Below, in pieces: positions 52,017-64,000 of a DNA stretch of 64,000 nucleotides. A model generated the notes under the pieces. The model had not been told where the DNA came from, did not search any database, and worked only from the letters and a program-made list of their open reading frames with translations. The stretch's first letter is position 1, and every line of letters begins with the position of its first letter. The position numbers were made by a program, and so were the translations under genes. The stretch is from Syncephalis fuscata S228 (Eukaryota > Fungi > Zoopagomycota), in contig JAHLTZ010000002.1 in the NCBI GenBank assembly GCA_025786725.1, positions 248,001-312,000 on the forward strand. The letters run 5' to 3'.

Positions 52017-52796
52017 TACACATAAAATAGCAATGCTAATATTAAGTTTATAGTTATGATTATTTAAAATTTAATGTCATTTATCACAGTTTCATATTCA
52101 ATAAAATGAAGGTTGTCAGTGTAGCCATTTGACTACCGAATCACGCTAGATGATTAATAAAAAGCAGCTTTTTAATATATGGAATCAATTACATATCTAG
52201 ACCTCTGTCATGGCATGCACATGCACAAAGAAGCATGCACTCGGTGGCATGGTCACTGCCTATTCCTGCACTCCTGACTGCAAACTGGTACGTGCCTTGG
52301 ATGACGGCGGGTTGGGCCGGGATAAACTGATCCATGGCTCCATCGGAATGGATCGGATACGGATACGTAAAAGGTAAGTAACGCACATGTGACAGCTGTT
52401 TCCAATGTACCGTCTAGTAGTTGTTGTTTTACCCCAGCACACGCCTTTCTAGTTCTTGCTCTCTTTTCTGTCTTTACTAGTCGTTCTTCCTCCCATTGAG
52501 GTAATGACGTCGTTTCCCAATATTCCTTTGTAACAAACAGCACACACTACCCTTGAACTCTTCGTGTTTCTATTCTAGTTGTTCCGCATCCGCCCGAAGA
52601 AATAGTCTTGTCGGTGGTCGGACATCGCCCAGCCATACCATTCTCTATAGTTGGTGTGCCGGTTTTTGCGCGTTATTTTTCTCTCCGCTCGGTTCTTCCG
52701 TAGCCAGTGTTTGCTTTGAGGCGAGTTTTTCCTAAAGTGCGCACACGTACTCTCTTACTGGGCGTGTGTGAAAACAGTACACAATACACACCACAC

Positions 52797-54932
52797 ATGC
52801 TTCGCTTGGCTTCCTCCTCCTCCGCGACTATAAAGTCAGCGACACAAAGTAGCCGACCACCCATTTTCTATCGACTTTCTCGGCCGTTTGTATCTCGTTG
52901 TTCTGCTTTCGTCTGCTGTTTGCCATCAAAGTCGGCCTACACTTTGACTTTCGCACGTTGCCGTACCATTCATTGCTTGACAACAACAACAACAACAACA
53001 GCGACCAATAGCCTAGCTACTCCACCTTGGTTGTCTAATAATACTATTGTTAGCCATAGCCAACGATATACTCGCCCGTTACCACCCTATTGTGTTTTAA
53101 ATACTCACAATCCATTTGGCCGTAGTATTGCTTGTCTTTCGACGACCACTACCGCCTACTCACCTACCCACCATCGCCAAGAAAAGACCGCCACTCCGTC
53201 GGGTAGAAAACACAAGATGCCTCACCACCACTCCAACGAAGATATCCACGAGTCGCTGCACAAAGATGCCGGCATTGATTACAGCAAGCCAATTCGCTGG
53301 AACCTGTCAATCCCAGAATTGTACGAAGATGCCCTTCACTTTGAAAAAGGTACATTCGTGTCGTCTGCAGGTGCTTTGATTACCGATTCAGGCGCGAAAA
53401 AGGGCCGTTCTCCTCTTGACAAACGTATTGTCGACGAGGAAACAAGCCGTGACGACATCTGGTGGGGCCCCGTCAACTACAAGCTTACCGAACACGTATT
53501 CCGTATTAATCACGAACGTGCTGTCGATTATCTTAATACACGCGATCGTCTCTACGTATTTGACGGTTTTGCCGGATGGGACCCAAAATACCGCATTAAG
53601 GTGCGCATTGTATGTGCCCGTGCCTATCATGGTAAGTGATTATTGCAAACTGATAATTTACGCTGTAAATCCAGTGAATTTTAATTGATCAATTAATTAA
53701 CTAAATTTTATTTATTTATTACTTTTATAGCTTTGTTTATGCGCAATATGCTTATTCGCCCAACACCCGAGGAATACGAAGACTGGGGTCATCCTGACTT
53801 TACCGTGCTTAATGCCGGTCAATTCCCTGCCAATCGTTACACTTCCGGCATGACATCTACCACCTCGGTCGATGTTAACTTCAAGTCTCGGGAAATGGTC
53901 ATTCTTGGTACCGAATACGCCGGTGAAATGAAGAAAGGTATCTTTACCGTTATGCACTACTTGATGCCAAAGGCTGGCGTGTTGTCACTTCACTCGTCTG
54001 CCAACGAAGGCCCCGACGGTGACGTAACTCTTTTCTTCGGTCTATCCGGTACTGGCAAGACCACACTATCAGCTGATCCAAAACGCCAGCTTATTGGTGA
54101 CGATGAGCACTGCTGGAGCGATGACGGTGTTTTCAACATCGAAGGTGGCTGCTACGCCAAAACTATTGGCTTGTCGGGTGAAAAAGAGCCAGAAATCTTT
54201 AACGCCATCCGATTCGGCGCTGTACTTGAAAATGTCGTCTTTGACTCCGAGTCGCGTGTCGTTGATTACGATGACAACTCGCTTACTGAAAACACACGCT
54301 GTGCTTACCCAATCGAGTATATTCCAAATGCCAAGGTCCCTTGCATTGGTGGTCATCCTCAAAACATTATCCTCCTTACTTGCGACGCCTTTGGTGTGTT
54401 GCCACCTGTATCTAAACTAACATCGGCCCAAGCTATGTACCACTTTATCTCTGGATACACTGCCAAGATCGCCGGTACCGAAGAAGGTGTAACAGAGCCA
54501 CAAGCTACCTTCTCCGCTTGCTTCGGTCAGCCATTCTTGGTCTGGCACCCTGTCAAATATGCTCATATGCTGGCTGAGCGCATGGAGCACCATAAGGCCA
54601 ACGCCTGGCTTATTAACACCGGCTGGAATGGCGGTGCCTATGGTGTTGGCAAGCGTATTTCGCTTAAATACTCGCGCGCCATCATCGATGCCATCCACAA
54701 CGGTGAATTGGCCAAGGCTGACTACGAAAACTACCCCATCTTCAACCTGCAAATCCCCACCACAGTCACTGGCGTGCCTTCCGAAGTACTTCACCCAGCC
54801 AAGTCATGGGGCGGCAGTGCCGAGGAATACACTGGTACCTCCAAAAAGTTGGCCAAGCTCTTTAACGAGAACTTTGAGCAATACGCCGACCAAGCTACCG
54901 ACGCCATTCGTAATGCTGGCCCAGAGGCTTAA
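52797..54932 (+). CDS. PCK1: Phosphoenolpyruvate carboxykinase (ATP); conserved start likely 53217, with an in-frame upstream ATG at 52797
   Basis: [49 protein letters not shown]; intron 53632-53730. Confidence 0.95.
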
Positions 54933-55659
54933 AATCATTAGATTCTGCAACTCTCTCGGGCTGCCACGGATAGTGCGCGTCTGTTTACATATTACTTTGC
55001 GATTAAGCATTTTTTGTTGTTTCCTCATCCAAATCTTAACCAACCAACTACATCCCCCCCACTTGCTGAACAGATCTCTTTGTTTATGGTCTAATAAATA
55101 GGAGTTGATAAGAATATATAGTTTATAAATTAAGTTTATTAATCAAACAATTTATTAATAACTAACCAACCAGGTATTATTATTATTATTATTACTATTG
55201 CTGATTTATTAGTCAATTATGCAATAATCCGATAATATTACTGTTTATCAAATAAACATGTTGAAATTAATAATAATAAAAAACGTTTAAGCAATTAAGT
55301 TGAATAAGCAACCTTTTGATAAGATTAGATGTGGATAAAATATAAATATATGTATTATCATTGTGGTTATTCATATATAATATGTTGTTCAGCTATATGC
55401 TTTATTTTTAAGCACACTAACATAGCAATATAATTACAACATTAGGACAGTAACACTGATGTGGGTACAAATAAATACAATAGACTGTATTGTCAACAAA
55501 TATGGTCACAATCTCTACATATTAAATTATTATGTGAATGACCATATTGCAGCAACTAAGCTAATTTATGTTAATAGCCAATACATTGCATTTATGTCTA
55601 TCTAATGTTGATGGGCAACATAGATAGTATTTATCATTTGTTGAATATAAGGCAGCAAA

Positions 55660-56135
55660 AATACATATAAAAATAATTACGCTAGATTGAAATGAAACCA
55701 TATGTTTATTACTACAGATTTGCATAGCTGAATAGACGCATCTAAATGCGGAGTGCTAGTAAAATAATAAACCATTGATCAAAGATGGATAAACCGGAAC
55801 ATTGGCTAGAACTTTGTATAAAAATAGACTAGATGGCAGTTGTCAAATGGTTTTGATTTTTGCCAAATGTATACCTAATGCATGTTGAACTAGCAGTTTA
55901 GTTGCACTACCAATGCTCATTTCTTGGAAATTTAAGGCTTTTTTGGTAATTCAAGGTGACGAAATTCCTTAGTAGGCTGGTGTTTAGGAGATGCTTGAGA
56001 GGAAGGAGATTCTTGAAGCCGAGTAAGCGCACCAAAATCGACGCGGCGAGTTAGAACTGGTTTAGCATCCACCATCGATGTATTGATTACAAAAGCCACG
56101 ACGAGGGTATAGACGGCAGCGATAGAAAGCTTCAT
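55660..56135 (-). pseudogene. Small secreted protein gene, frame-disrupted
   Basis: Signal peptide MKLSIAAVYTLVVAFVINTSMVDA. Coding-like sequence continues past the stop in another frame (LNFQEMSIGSATKLLVQHALG). 3' end approximate. Confidence 0.4.
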
Positions 56136-57778
56136 GGTGATGTTGATTTGTTGCAGCAAACGAGCAGAGCAGAAAATATAATGATCTAATATAGAGTAAG
56201 TAATAGTGAGTATTTGGTAAAACTAGAGTATGATGTTGATATCGCAGTCAGCTGTGTATATTTTGTGGGCTATTTAAGCAGATGGCTATACTGAAATACC
56301 AATGCTGTAACGAGTCTTTTATGATCTAGGCCATAGTTCATGACTTATACAAAAGGCGAGATTTGTCCATTGCATGTACAAGGTTACCGTGTAGAGCTAA
56401 TGGCCTATAAGCCCTCTATGTACTAGCTGCACTTATTATAGTACAGTGAAAGGCATAGGTCTGATGTTACATTTGTTTTCTGTTTCTCGCTCTAACAGAA
56501 CTTGCCATTTAATTCTTTTATCCAAGTTCTTTTTGCAATTTTTAAACACCAGGCCTTTGTTGGTAGGCCAATATCCTGAATCGCGCATCTATGAAAGGGA
56601 ACTTGTTTCTACTCCTCTAATAAACATGCATACTTATCATTTGACTCGATTATTGATGATTGCTTGGTTAGTGACAATTGCCGGCACAATGATTGAAACT
56701 GTTGCGGCACATATTAATAACAATATAGAATATTTCTTCATACAGTTAATAAACATCATTATTCATACCCGCACAACTAGGCCACTTTTGTAAAAATATA
56801 TTTGATTTTAATTTGTACCCATTTGGCTTGTTCAAATATGCTATACTGCACGAACTACACCATTGATGTGAAATGGAAACCAATAACAATACGTTCACAT
56901 GGTGGCAATAAGTGCAGGTATTTTAATAGATCGATAACGCGCTAGTACTCGGTCTAGACTTGCATCCAACTGTTCGACAATTAAGCTAATGATGCGGCAA
57001 TAGCAACAATCCGGCATATGTGCAATAGTAATTTATCTAACAATCTGCGTTACCGTGTCAAACAGCTCGCCTATGCAGCGCAAACTGGATTTACTGGTGC
57101 TATGAAGCCAGTGACAATGCATAACTAGACCTTGTTGCTGCTTTACCCAAAAACTCAAGTACAATTTAGAATACATGCAAATTGCTTTTTAAAATTCATT
57201 GCTATCACCCATTATTGACTGTCGCATAATGATGTTTTTTGTAATAAAGCACTAAACTTGTTTATTGGTGTTATTGATTGCTGGGTCATCAAGTAGTATG
57301 AGCATTGTTTTATTTTATGGCAAATAGTATTTATGTAGTAAATTGCATGATTACTTAGTAGGTTTCTTGTAAAACACCTGAGACATTTATAATAGTATCA
57401 AGCAATTGTGTCGATCATTAGGAGTAAATTAGACCAGGCATTCTACTGCATGTTCATTTGTAAATAAATAATATCATGCGTGAATAAATAAGTAATACCG
57501 TATTAATTAGTTAATTATTGCTATTACATTTAGTTATGCTAATAAAAAAATCAATTTATTAAACCGCTCTAGCTAAATAGTAACAGTATAAATAACATAT
57601 CATATGACAATTACAAACATGTGCGTAAAGATGTAAAAAATAGATATTTTTATTTCTTAGAAAAGAGCTATTCAGTTATACAGTTATTTTCATTTAAATT
57701 AAATTAACGTTAAAAATATAGATAAACATGCTTGTTATATGCATATGAAGTGTAGAAAGGATTAGATAATACCGATCA

Positions 57779-58745
57779 TTAAAAAGAGGTGTGATGCATT
57801 TTTTCTTTAAACTCTTTAATCTTTATAATTATATTGAGATCATTACTAAACTGTTTCAATGGTATACTTTTCCTTATTTGATTTTTTATGAAAATGATTC
57901 TATGCGTGATAATACTGAGCTCGACCTGTGTAATGTCTATTATTTCTTTGCAATTGCTTCGATCCTTATTTAAACCGTTTAACATTATGCCAGGCATATT
58001 ACAAAAAATACTGGTTCTTTCAACCATTAATTCATATCTTGCTACATAAAGTGCCAGGTTAATTGCTACATCTTTGAAAGTAGTATTATTTGCCTTGTTG
58101 AATTCCATTTCACATTTTTCTAACTCTTTTTCTTTTTTTCGATAGTTGTTTTTCAGCTTCTTTTCTTTCTTCTGACAGTTGTCTTTGATTTCCTTTTGTT
58201 TTTTTGCGATAGTCATGTTCTAGTTGTTTTTCTTTTTTCTGATGATTATTTACTATTTTATTTTGTTTTTCTTGATAATCGTTTTCTAGTTTCTCTTCTT
58301 TTTTTCGGTAATTAAATTCTGTTTTCTTTAGCTCTTCCTGTTCTTTTTTAACTGTTCTTCCTGCTTCTTAGTCTTGTTCCCCAATACATCAACTTTACTT
58401 TGTAGTTGTATATTCTTTCTGAAAAACGTCGTGTTGATGTTTTTTGTTTTGTTTAGTTCATTACGTAGCTGTATGTTTTCTATATACAATTTGCTGATTT
58501 TCTCGGCAATATAATATTGATTAAAATCTATTAAATTATATAAGTTTAATATAAATATAAATATTTATTTCCTGGCCTTGTTTTGCATCGTCTGTTGTAA
58601 TTTCTATCAACAAAGTTGTAGTTTCTTTTGCTGCTGCTTCATTTAATTGATCCGGTCTTTCAGAACTATTTTGAACAACGCTAACATCAAAGTGATTTTC
58701 GAGATAGCTACAAAGACCATCTACATCCAACTGCCATATAATAAG
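57779..58745 (-). pseudogene. Coiled-coil protein gene with about 11-aa repeats, copy 2 (frameshifts in A-tracts)
   Basis: ORFs 58536-58730 and 57779-58216 plus intervening coding-like sequence; homologous to 50360-51510. Confidence 0.55.
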
Positions 58746-59089
58746 CTGAAATGACAGCTATATTGTACAAATATCTTACCTTCATTGCATAAAACTTAAT
58801 AGAAAATAAACCAATAATATTGTGTAACAAATCTCAAGTTATCTCAAGTTATTCAAAACAAATAAATGTGTTTTTATCAAGTGGATTAGCAATAGGTTAA
58901 ATATTGATTTTTTTAAAATAAATAAAAAAGCTTTTAAAAATAAAGAAACTATAGAATCTCCTCCTTACCTACACATTATTTATGCCAGTGTATGAATTTA
59001 TGATTAACGTATTTTATTTGTATTAACAAAAATATAGCTTACAAAAAAAGAAGAATTTTTTTAAAAACATAGATTAACTGGCATCTACA

Positions 59090-59318
59090 GTTAGAATGAG
59101 AAATTGAATTAAAAAAAACAGAGCTAAGCATACAATTCATAGTGAGCTATATCACCAGCTACAATTATACCAAACATAACATTAATATCAATATGTATAA
59201 ACATATCTAAAGTTGTAAACTATTACGTAATACTATAGGGTTGAGTCAACTAAACAAATGACTAATATAATTGTTAAAATGGCGAGTGTGAGTGTGATTG
59301 TAATAAATATAACTAATA
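59090..59318. repeat. About 225-bp conserved non-coding direct repeat, copy 2
   Basis: Highly similar to 51792-52016. Confidence 0.85.
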
Positions 59319-59808
59319 TTGGTAGAAATAGCAATATAAAATGATATTCATAAAAAACATATACTTATATAATCATAATAGCAATAATAAACATTTAATT
59401 ATAAATATTTTAATGATTAATGACAGTCACTACTTATCATTATGCTTAATAGAAAGAATGTTTAATTTAAATGTGCGAGTATTAAGGTCATTTGATCCAC
59501 AAATTTTTGTAGAATAATATAATCATATTTTTGAATTTCTTCGACCTATGCCAAAAGTCGTATAGATTGGCACACGAATGGCATTTAGAAGGGAATGGTG
59601 CAATGCTTTTACATAAAGTATTAATTATATCATGCAAAGTTAGTAGAACTCAAACCATGCCATGTGCATATTTAAACTGGCTTTCGACAGCGTGACATCT
59701 ATTTTAAAATCACAAATAAATTGCATGTTTTTTGCTAACTCACCACTATACTCCTTTTCTCAATTGATTTTGTAGATATTTAATATCGTTTATAATCTTA
59801 AATTATTA

Positions 59809-60839
59809 ATGCCAATAAGAGTTGGTTCAGCAGAGAATCTACTAATCAACAAGTAGCAGACTTGGCCGGCAAGTTAGAAACGCCAAAATAAATTGATGTG
59901 CTATCAAGCAATCAATCTTACATTTACAGGTTTCAGCCGTTACTGGTGCTAACACAGGCATAGAATACAATATTGCACTGGATTTGGCTCGACATGGAAG
60001 TCGAGGGTATTTTGCGTGCCGCAGTAAAGGTCGTGCCTTGGCTGCCATTGAACAGCTGAATGAGGATCTTAAGCAAAACGCAGCTGAAGTTAAACTGCCA
60101 GATATCCACTTTTTGCATCTCAATCTTGCTAATCTTAAACAAGTGGATATTGCTGCAAAAAAGCTTTTAGAAGTCGAGCCTTGCATCAACATCCTTGTTA
60201 ATAATACTGGTATTTCGATGGTACCGTTACACTGGCTGACAATGGTATCGAATTGCGCTTTGCCGTCAACTATTTGGGGCCAGCGCTGTTTACACAGCGT
60301 TTATCTTCTACTATTGAAAGCAGCCGCACAGCTGAAGAGCCTTCTTACATTGTGTTTACGTCAAGCACGATGCATCAATAAACCTATACCAATGGTATTC
60401 GACTTACCATAGCCAAGGTTAATAATAAGAATCATACAACACCATTAAGGCATATGGCCACTCCAAATTAGCTTGCATTCTAACAGCAAATTATTTTGCA
60501 AAGAGGTAGCCAAGAATGGCAAACCAACCGTGCTAGCCAACTCACTGCATCCAGGCGTAGTTAGGTCAGAAATTGGACGAAACGGATATAATTCTCTTGG
60601 CTGAATTGGAATCTGTTGTTTAGTATATTTTTCTTTTGCTCAGGCCTTTCTACGGCGGATGGCGCGCTACTTCCCTCTATGTCATCACATCAGATGAAGT
60701 TAGAAAGAAAGGCTACAACGGCCAATATTTTGTTCCTTATGGAAAACTAGCCACATCATCCCAGTATGTTCAAAGCACCGAATTAAATGATAAGCTGTAG
60801 GCATTTACACAATCAATTATTGGTGAAAAGTTAAACTAA
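59809..60839 (+). pseudogene. Short-chain dehydrogenase/reductase (retinol-dehydrogenase-like) pseudogene
   Basis: VTGANTGIE, ILVNNTG, AYGHSK, NSLHPGVV motifs. In-frame TAG at about 60507 and 60798 plus frameshifts; the substitution stops argue for real decay. Confidence 0.8.
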
Positions 60840-61492
60840 GTGCAACCAAATAGTCTGACTTTAATACAATAAATATTGTTATTAGTATGATATTATCATT
60901 ATGCAGTTGCTATCATGTAACTTGTATTTTTGTTTAATTATTAAGGCCAGAAAATAACCTACTGTATTTTAAGTTTATAAATGCTAATACTGATATTTCA
61001 TTTAATAAATAGTTAAGCACAGTGGTTGCAATATAATGATTTAATTACAAAAATAGTAATTACGATTATATTGTTTTTATATGTAATCATTTTATTTTGA
61101 CAGCTGTCATATCAATGAATGTGGATAGTGTAACGTCAAAGGTTACGTCACTCAATTACAAAATTTTATTGATGATTTTTGGTATAACATTCATTAATAT
61201 ATATACTCTTATATTCAATTAGCTATAAAATTACTTTACGCTTTAGATACAATAAAATACGGGCATTCGTGATATTAAATATTGTACCATATTATAGCAT
61301 ATTTTTACACTAATAGATTATTCATATTGACTCATCATCAGCATGACGTTGCAACCGTACATGTTATGCCGACGTTGGTGTAACGCTAAACACGAGGTTT
61401 ACCAGAGTGAACATTGCCTTTGAAAAGAAATGGATTATCAAGGAATTGAGTCCAACTGCTCTTTTTACTGTTTATTCGTTGGTTACTGCAAT

Positions 61493-63299
61493 ATGCTTTG
61501 TAAAAAGTTGCTATTTTGTTTTCTTGCACTTAGTTGTATATTGTGTTCTAAGTCAGCGTATATATCCGCTAAAAACGTAAATGCACCAACCAAGCAGAAT
61601 ACTTCTGGGCCAACACCCGCCAGCTTCGGCAGCCGTCCGTTGAATGTTCTTATTAGCACTGCGATGGGCACCAAGTCCCATGCAGCGCCCCAGCTATCTA
61701 TAGGTGATGTCCTGGCTGCACGCGGCCATAAAGTAGCATTTGCTGGCTACAACGATACGTTAGCTTCGTGGCTGAAGGACCATCCTATGTTACGTCCTGT
61801 AGATATGGGCGCCAATCCAATGGATAAAGCTATGTTTTTAGAAATGTCTCGTCAGGCTTTATTTTCCGATGAAGAAATGAAATTAACGGACTTAATTAAT
61901 TGGGTGCTTGACATGCTCATGCAAAACTACGTTGAAAATGTTCAATTCTATCGTCAATGGATTCGTGACAACTCGGCTGACGTGATCATATGCGACTTTA
62001 GCAATCCTGCTTGTGTTGATGCTGCACATGATGTTGGCTGTCCGTTTGTCATTACCGTACATATGTTGGGAACATATGGTAAGTGTATTAGAAAGAATGT
62101 AATTATATGTAACAATGTAATATCTAGGCCATGGGGTGCAACCTTATATACCAAACAACATGCAGCCTATGCCGCCCACATATGAGAATGTAGGCTTTAT
62201 TGATCGTCTATACGACAAAATTATTTTGCCTGGAAAAGTATTTTTTGCTATAAAAGAAATTTTGAAAAAAAGAGAGGTCACAATGTCCAAGGCAGGTATT
62301 GCACCATACAGTGGATTCGCGGATCTTTGGAGGCACGGATTTATATTGGTTAATAGCTTTATTGGCTTTGAGGTAATGGCACGATTGCGCTTTTAATAAT
62401 ACCTAATGATGTTTGTGTAGACGCCTCAACCTTTGCCATCCAACACATTTATGATTGGTCCGCACATATCAAATGCCGTTGAAGCACTGCCTGACGAGCT
62501 TGCCGAATTCTTGGATACCCATAAACGCACCGTTTATGTAGGATTTGGGACTGCCTCTGTTTTGCCAATTCATCGTGTTTCAAAAATACTTTATTCATTG
62601 CTTGCTGCTCATAGAGATGGTCTGCTTGACGGTGTTATCTGGGGATTAGTGCGGACAGCTGATAACAAAGAATCGATACCGCAAACAATTACCATTGATG
62701 GTGTCGACCATAGTGTTGAGGATATGCGTTCTGGAAAGCATCCAGTAATTCGTCTGCTTGATAATGCACCACAGCGTGCTGTATTAGCGCATCCATCTAC
62801 TCAGCTGTTTGTTACACACTGCGGCATTAGCTCTATTTACGAAACACTTTACGCTGGAGTGCCAGTTCTTGGCCTTCCAGGCTTTGGTGATCAAATAATC
62901 AATGCAAACAAAATGGCTGAACACAAAGCAGGTTTATGGCTGTCTAAGAAGGAGATTAGCCATGACACTTTGAGCGATGCCTTCCATCGACTACTGTCAC
63001 CTGGATCGGAGGAAGCTAAAGAGATCCGTACCAACATTAACCGTCTTCAGCGTATGTTTCATATGGCTAATCGTGATCACAATCGTGGTGCTGATCTTGT
63101 TGAGCTGGCCGCCATCCCCGGTGCTATTCTAGCGCACGAAAGTGCGGATTTCCGCATGCCATGGTGGAAAGCCGGCAACTATGATCTATACGCCTTTATA
63201 CTTTTAATTGTTGCTACATCAATCTATCTGTTTGTTTCTGTCGTGAGATATGGATTTGGTATACTGCGTCTTAAGCAGAAGAAACAAAAGCAAGCCTAA
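61493..63299 (+). CDS. UDP-glycosyltransferase (GT1), signal peptide plus C-terminal TM, 3 exons
   Basis: GTKSH, APQRAVLAHPSTQLFVTHCG, PGFGDQ; introns 62079-62127 and 62373-62420; Lys-rich tail. Confidence 0.92.
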
Positions 63300-64000
63300 A
63301 GTGTTTTGATTTGAGATTAAAAGTACTGTAAGCTAATAAAACGCAGCTTATGGTACCAAATAAAACAGCAACATTTTATTTGTTAAAATCAAAATTATTA
63401 CTATTTGCAATTAATGAACCAAACAAACTGTTTATTTGTCTACTCAATTTGCTATTACCTTATTATAGCCATTAATTTTCCATTAAACAATATTCTATTA
63501 TTGGCTGCAATGTTATCCAGTTTAAATGTATTCATCTGCTTCAACAGTTATCGCACTTGGTGTTAATCACATGCACAACCTGTTTACTTTTAATCTTTAT
63601 TACGATTTTCGCTATTTAAAGGTAATAGTTTATACATTTTATAAAAACGAGACTTATATTGTTATGTTTCTAATTTTTAAATTGCAAATTAGATGGCCAA
63701 GCAACACCTTATCCTGGGGTTATTCCATACCGTTAATTACTGATGCCTATTAACACTTGCCTAACACTCAGAATACAATGCGTTTTTAGTCATACCATCA
63801 CAACATTATAATAATGCAAGCAAGGTAGTAACAATGGTTTATTTTTAGATCCTTTAATCAATACAATGGCTTTATATTTTGTTGTAATAATAATCTGCTA
63901 TATACATTTAACAATGCTTAGCCAATAGATAATAGTTATTTAGTCTATTTATAACAAAGTGATATTGTATAAACATAAATATGCTATAACTTTATTATTA

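Noticed and set aside
60498-60800. Stop-codon reassignment or readthrough explaining in-frame TAGs
   Set aside because: The gene also has frameshifts, and intact genes here use TAG as a normal stop.
1-64000. tRNA, rRNA, CRISPR arrays and most short antisense or overlapping ORFs in the track
   Set aside because: None recognised by eye; the overlapping ORFs are shadows of real genes.

Overview
AT-rich eukaryotic genomic DNA with many short (about 45-70 nt) introns. Gene content and structure suggest an early-diverging fungus, possibly Zoopagomycota/Syncephalis-like; this is an inference. Recognisable genes, in order: a 5'-truncated cysteinyl-tRNA synthetase copy, UDP-glycosyltransferase 1, a SUN/GH132 glucanase, a secreted kinase-like protein (second, inverted copy 18 kb downstream), an ABCC transporter, Ubc11/UBE2C, Ipi3/WDR18, an ankyrin protein, an MFS transporter, a claudin-like membrane protein, delta-12 desaturase, RCC1, a recent integrase-deleted Ty3/Gypsy element, TAF11, PEPCK, two related coiled-coil genes or pseudogenes, an SDR pseudogene and UDP-glycosyltransferase 2. 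The strongest signal missed by the ORF track is a three-hairpin H/ACA snoRNA (U19/snR191/SNORA74 type, both helix-69 guide pockets present). It lies in the intron of an apparently non-coding host, just downstream of the retrotransposon. Other notable signals: a structured H/ACA-like RNA in a long IPI3 intron, an approximately 1 kb homogenised tract between the inverted kinase-like copies, a mitochondrial-presequence-like extension on PEPCK, a possible 3-nt micro-exon, several GC-AG introns and a foldback/MITE-like family. Many 1-bp frameshifts look like assembly errors, so pseudogene calls are tentative. All alignments and folds were done by eye.
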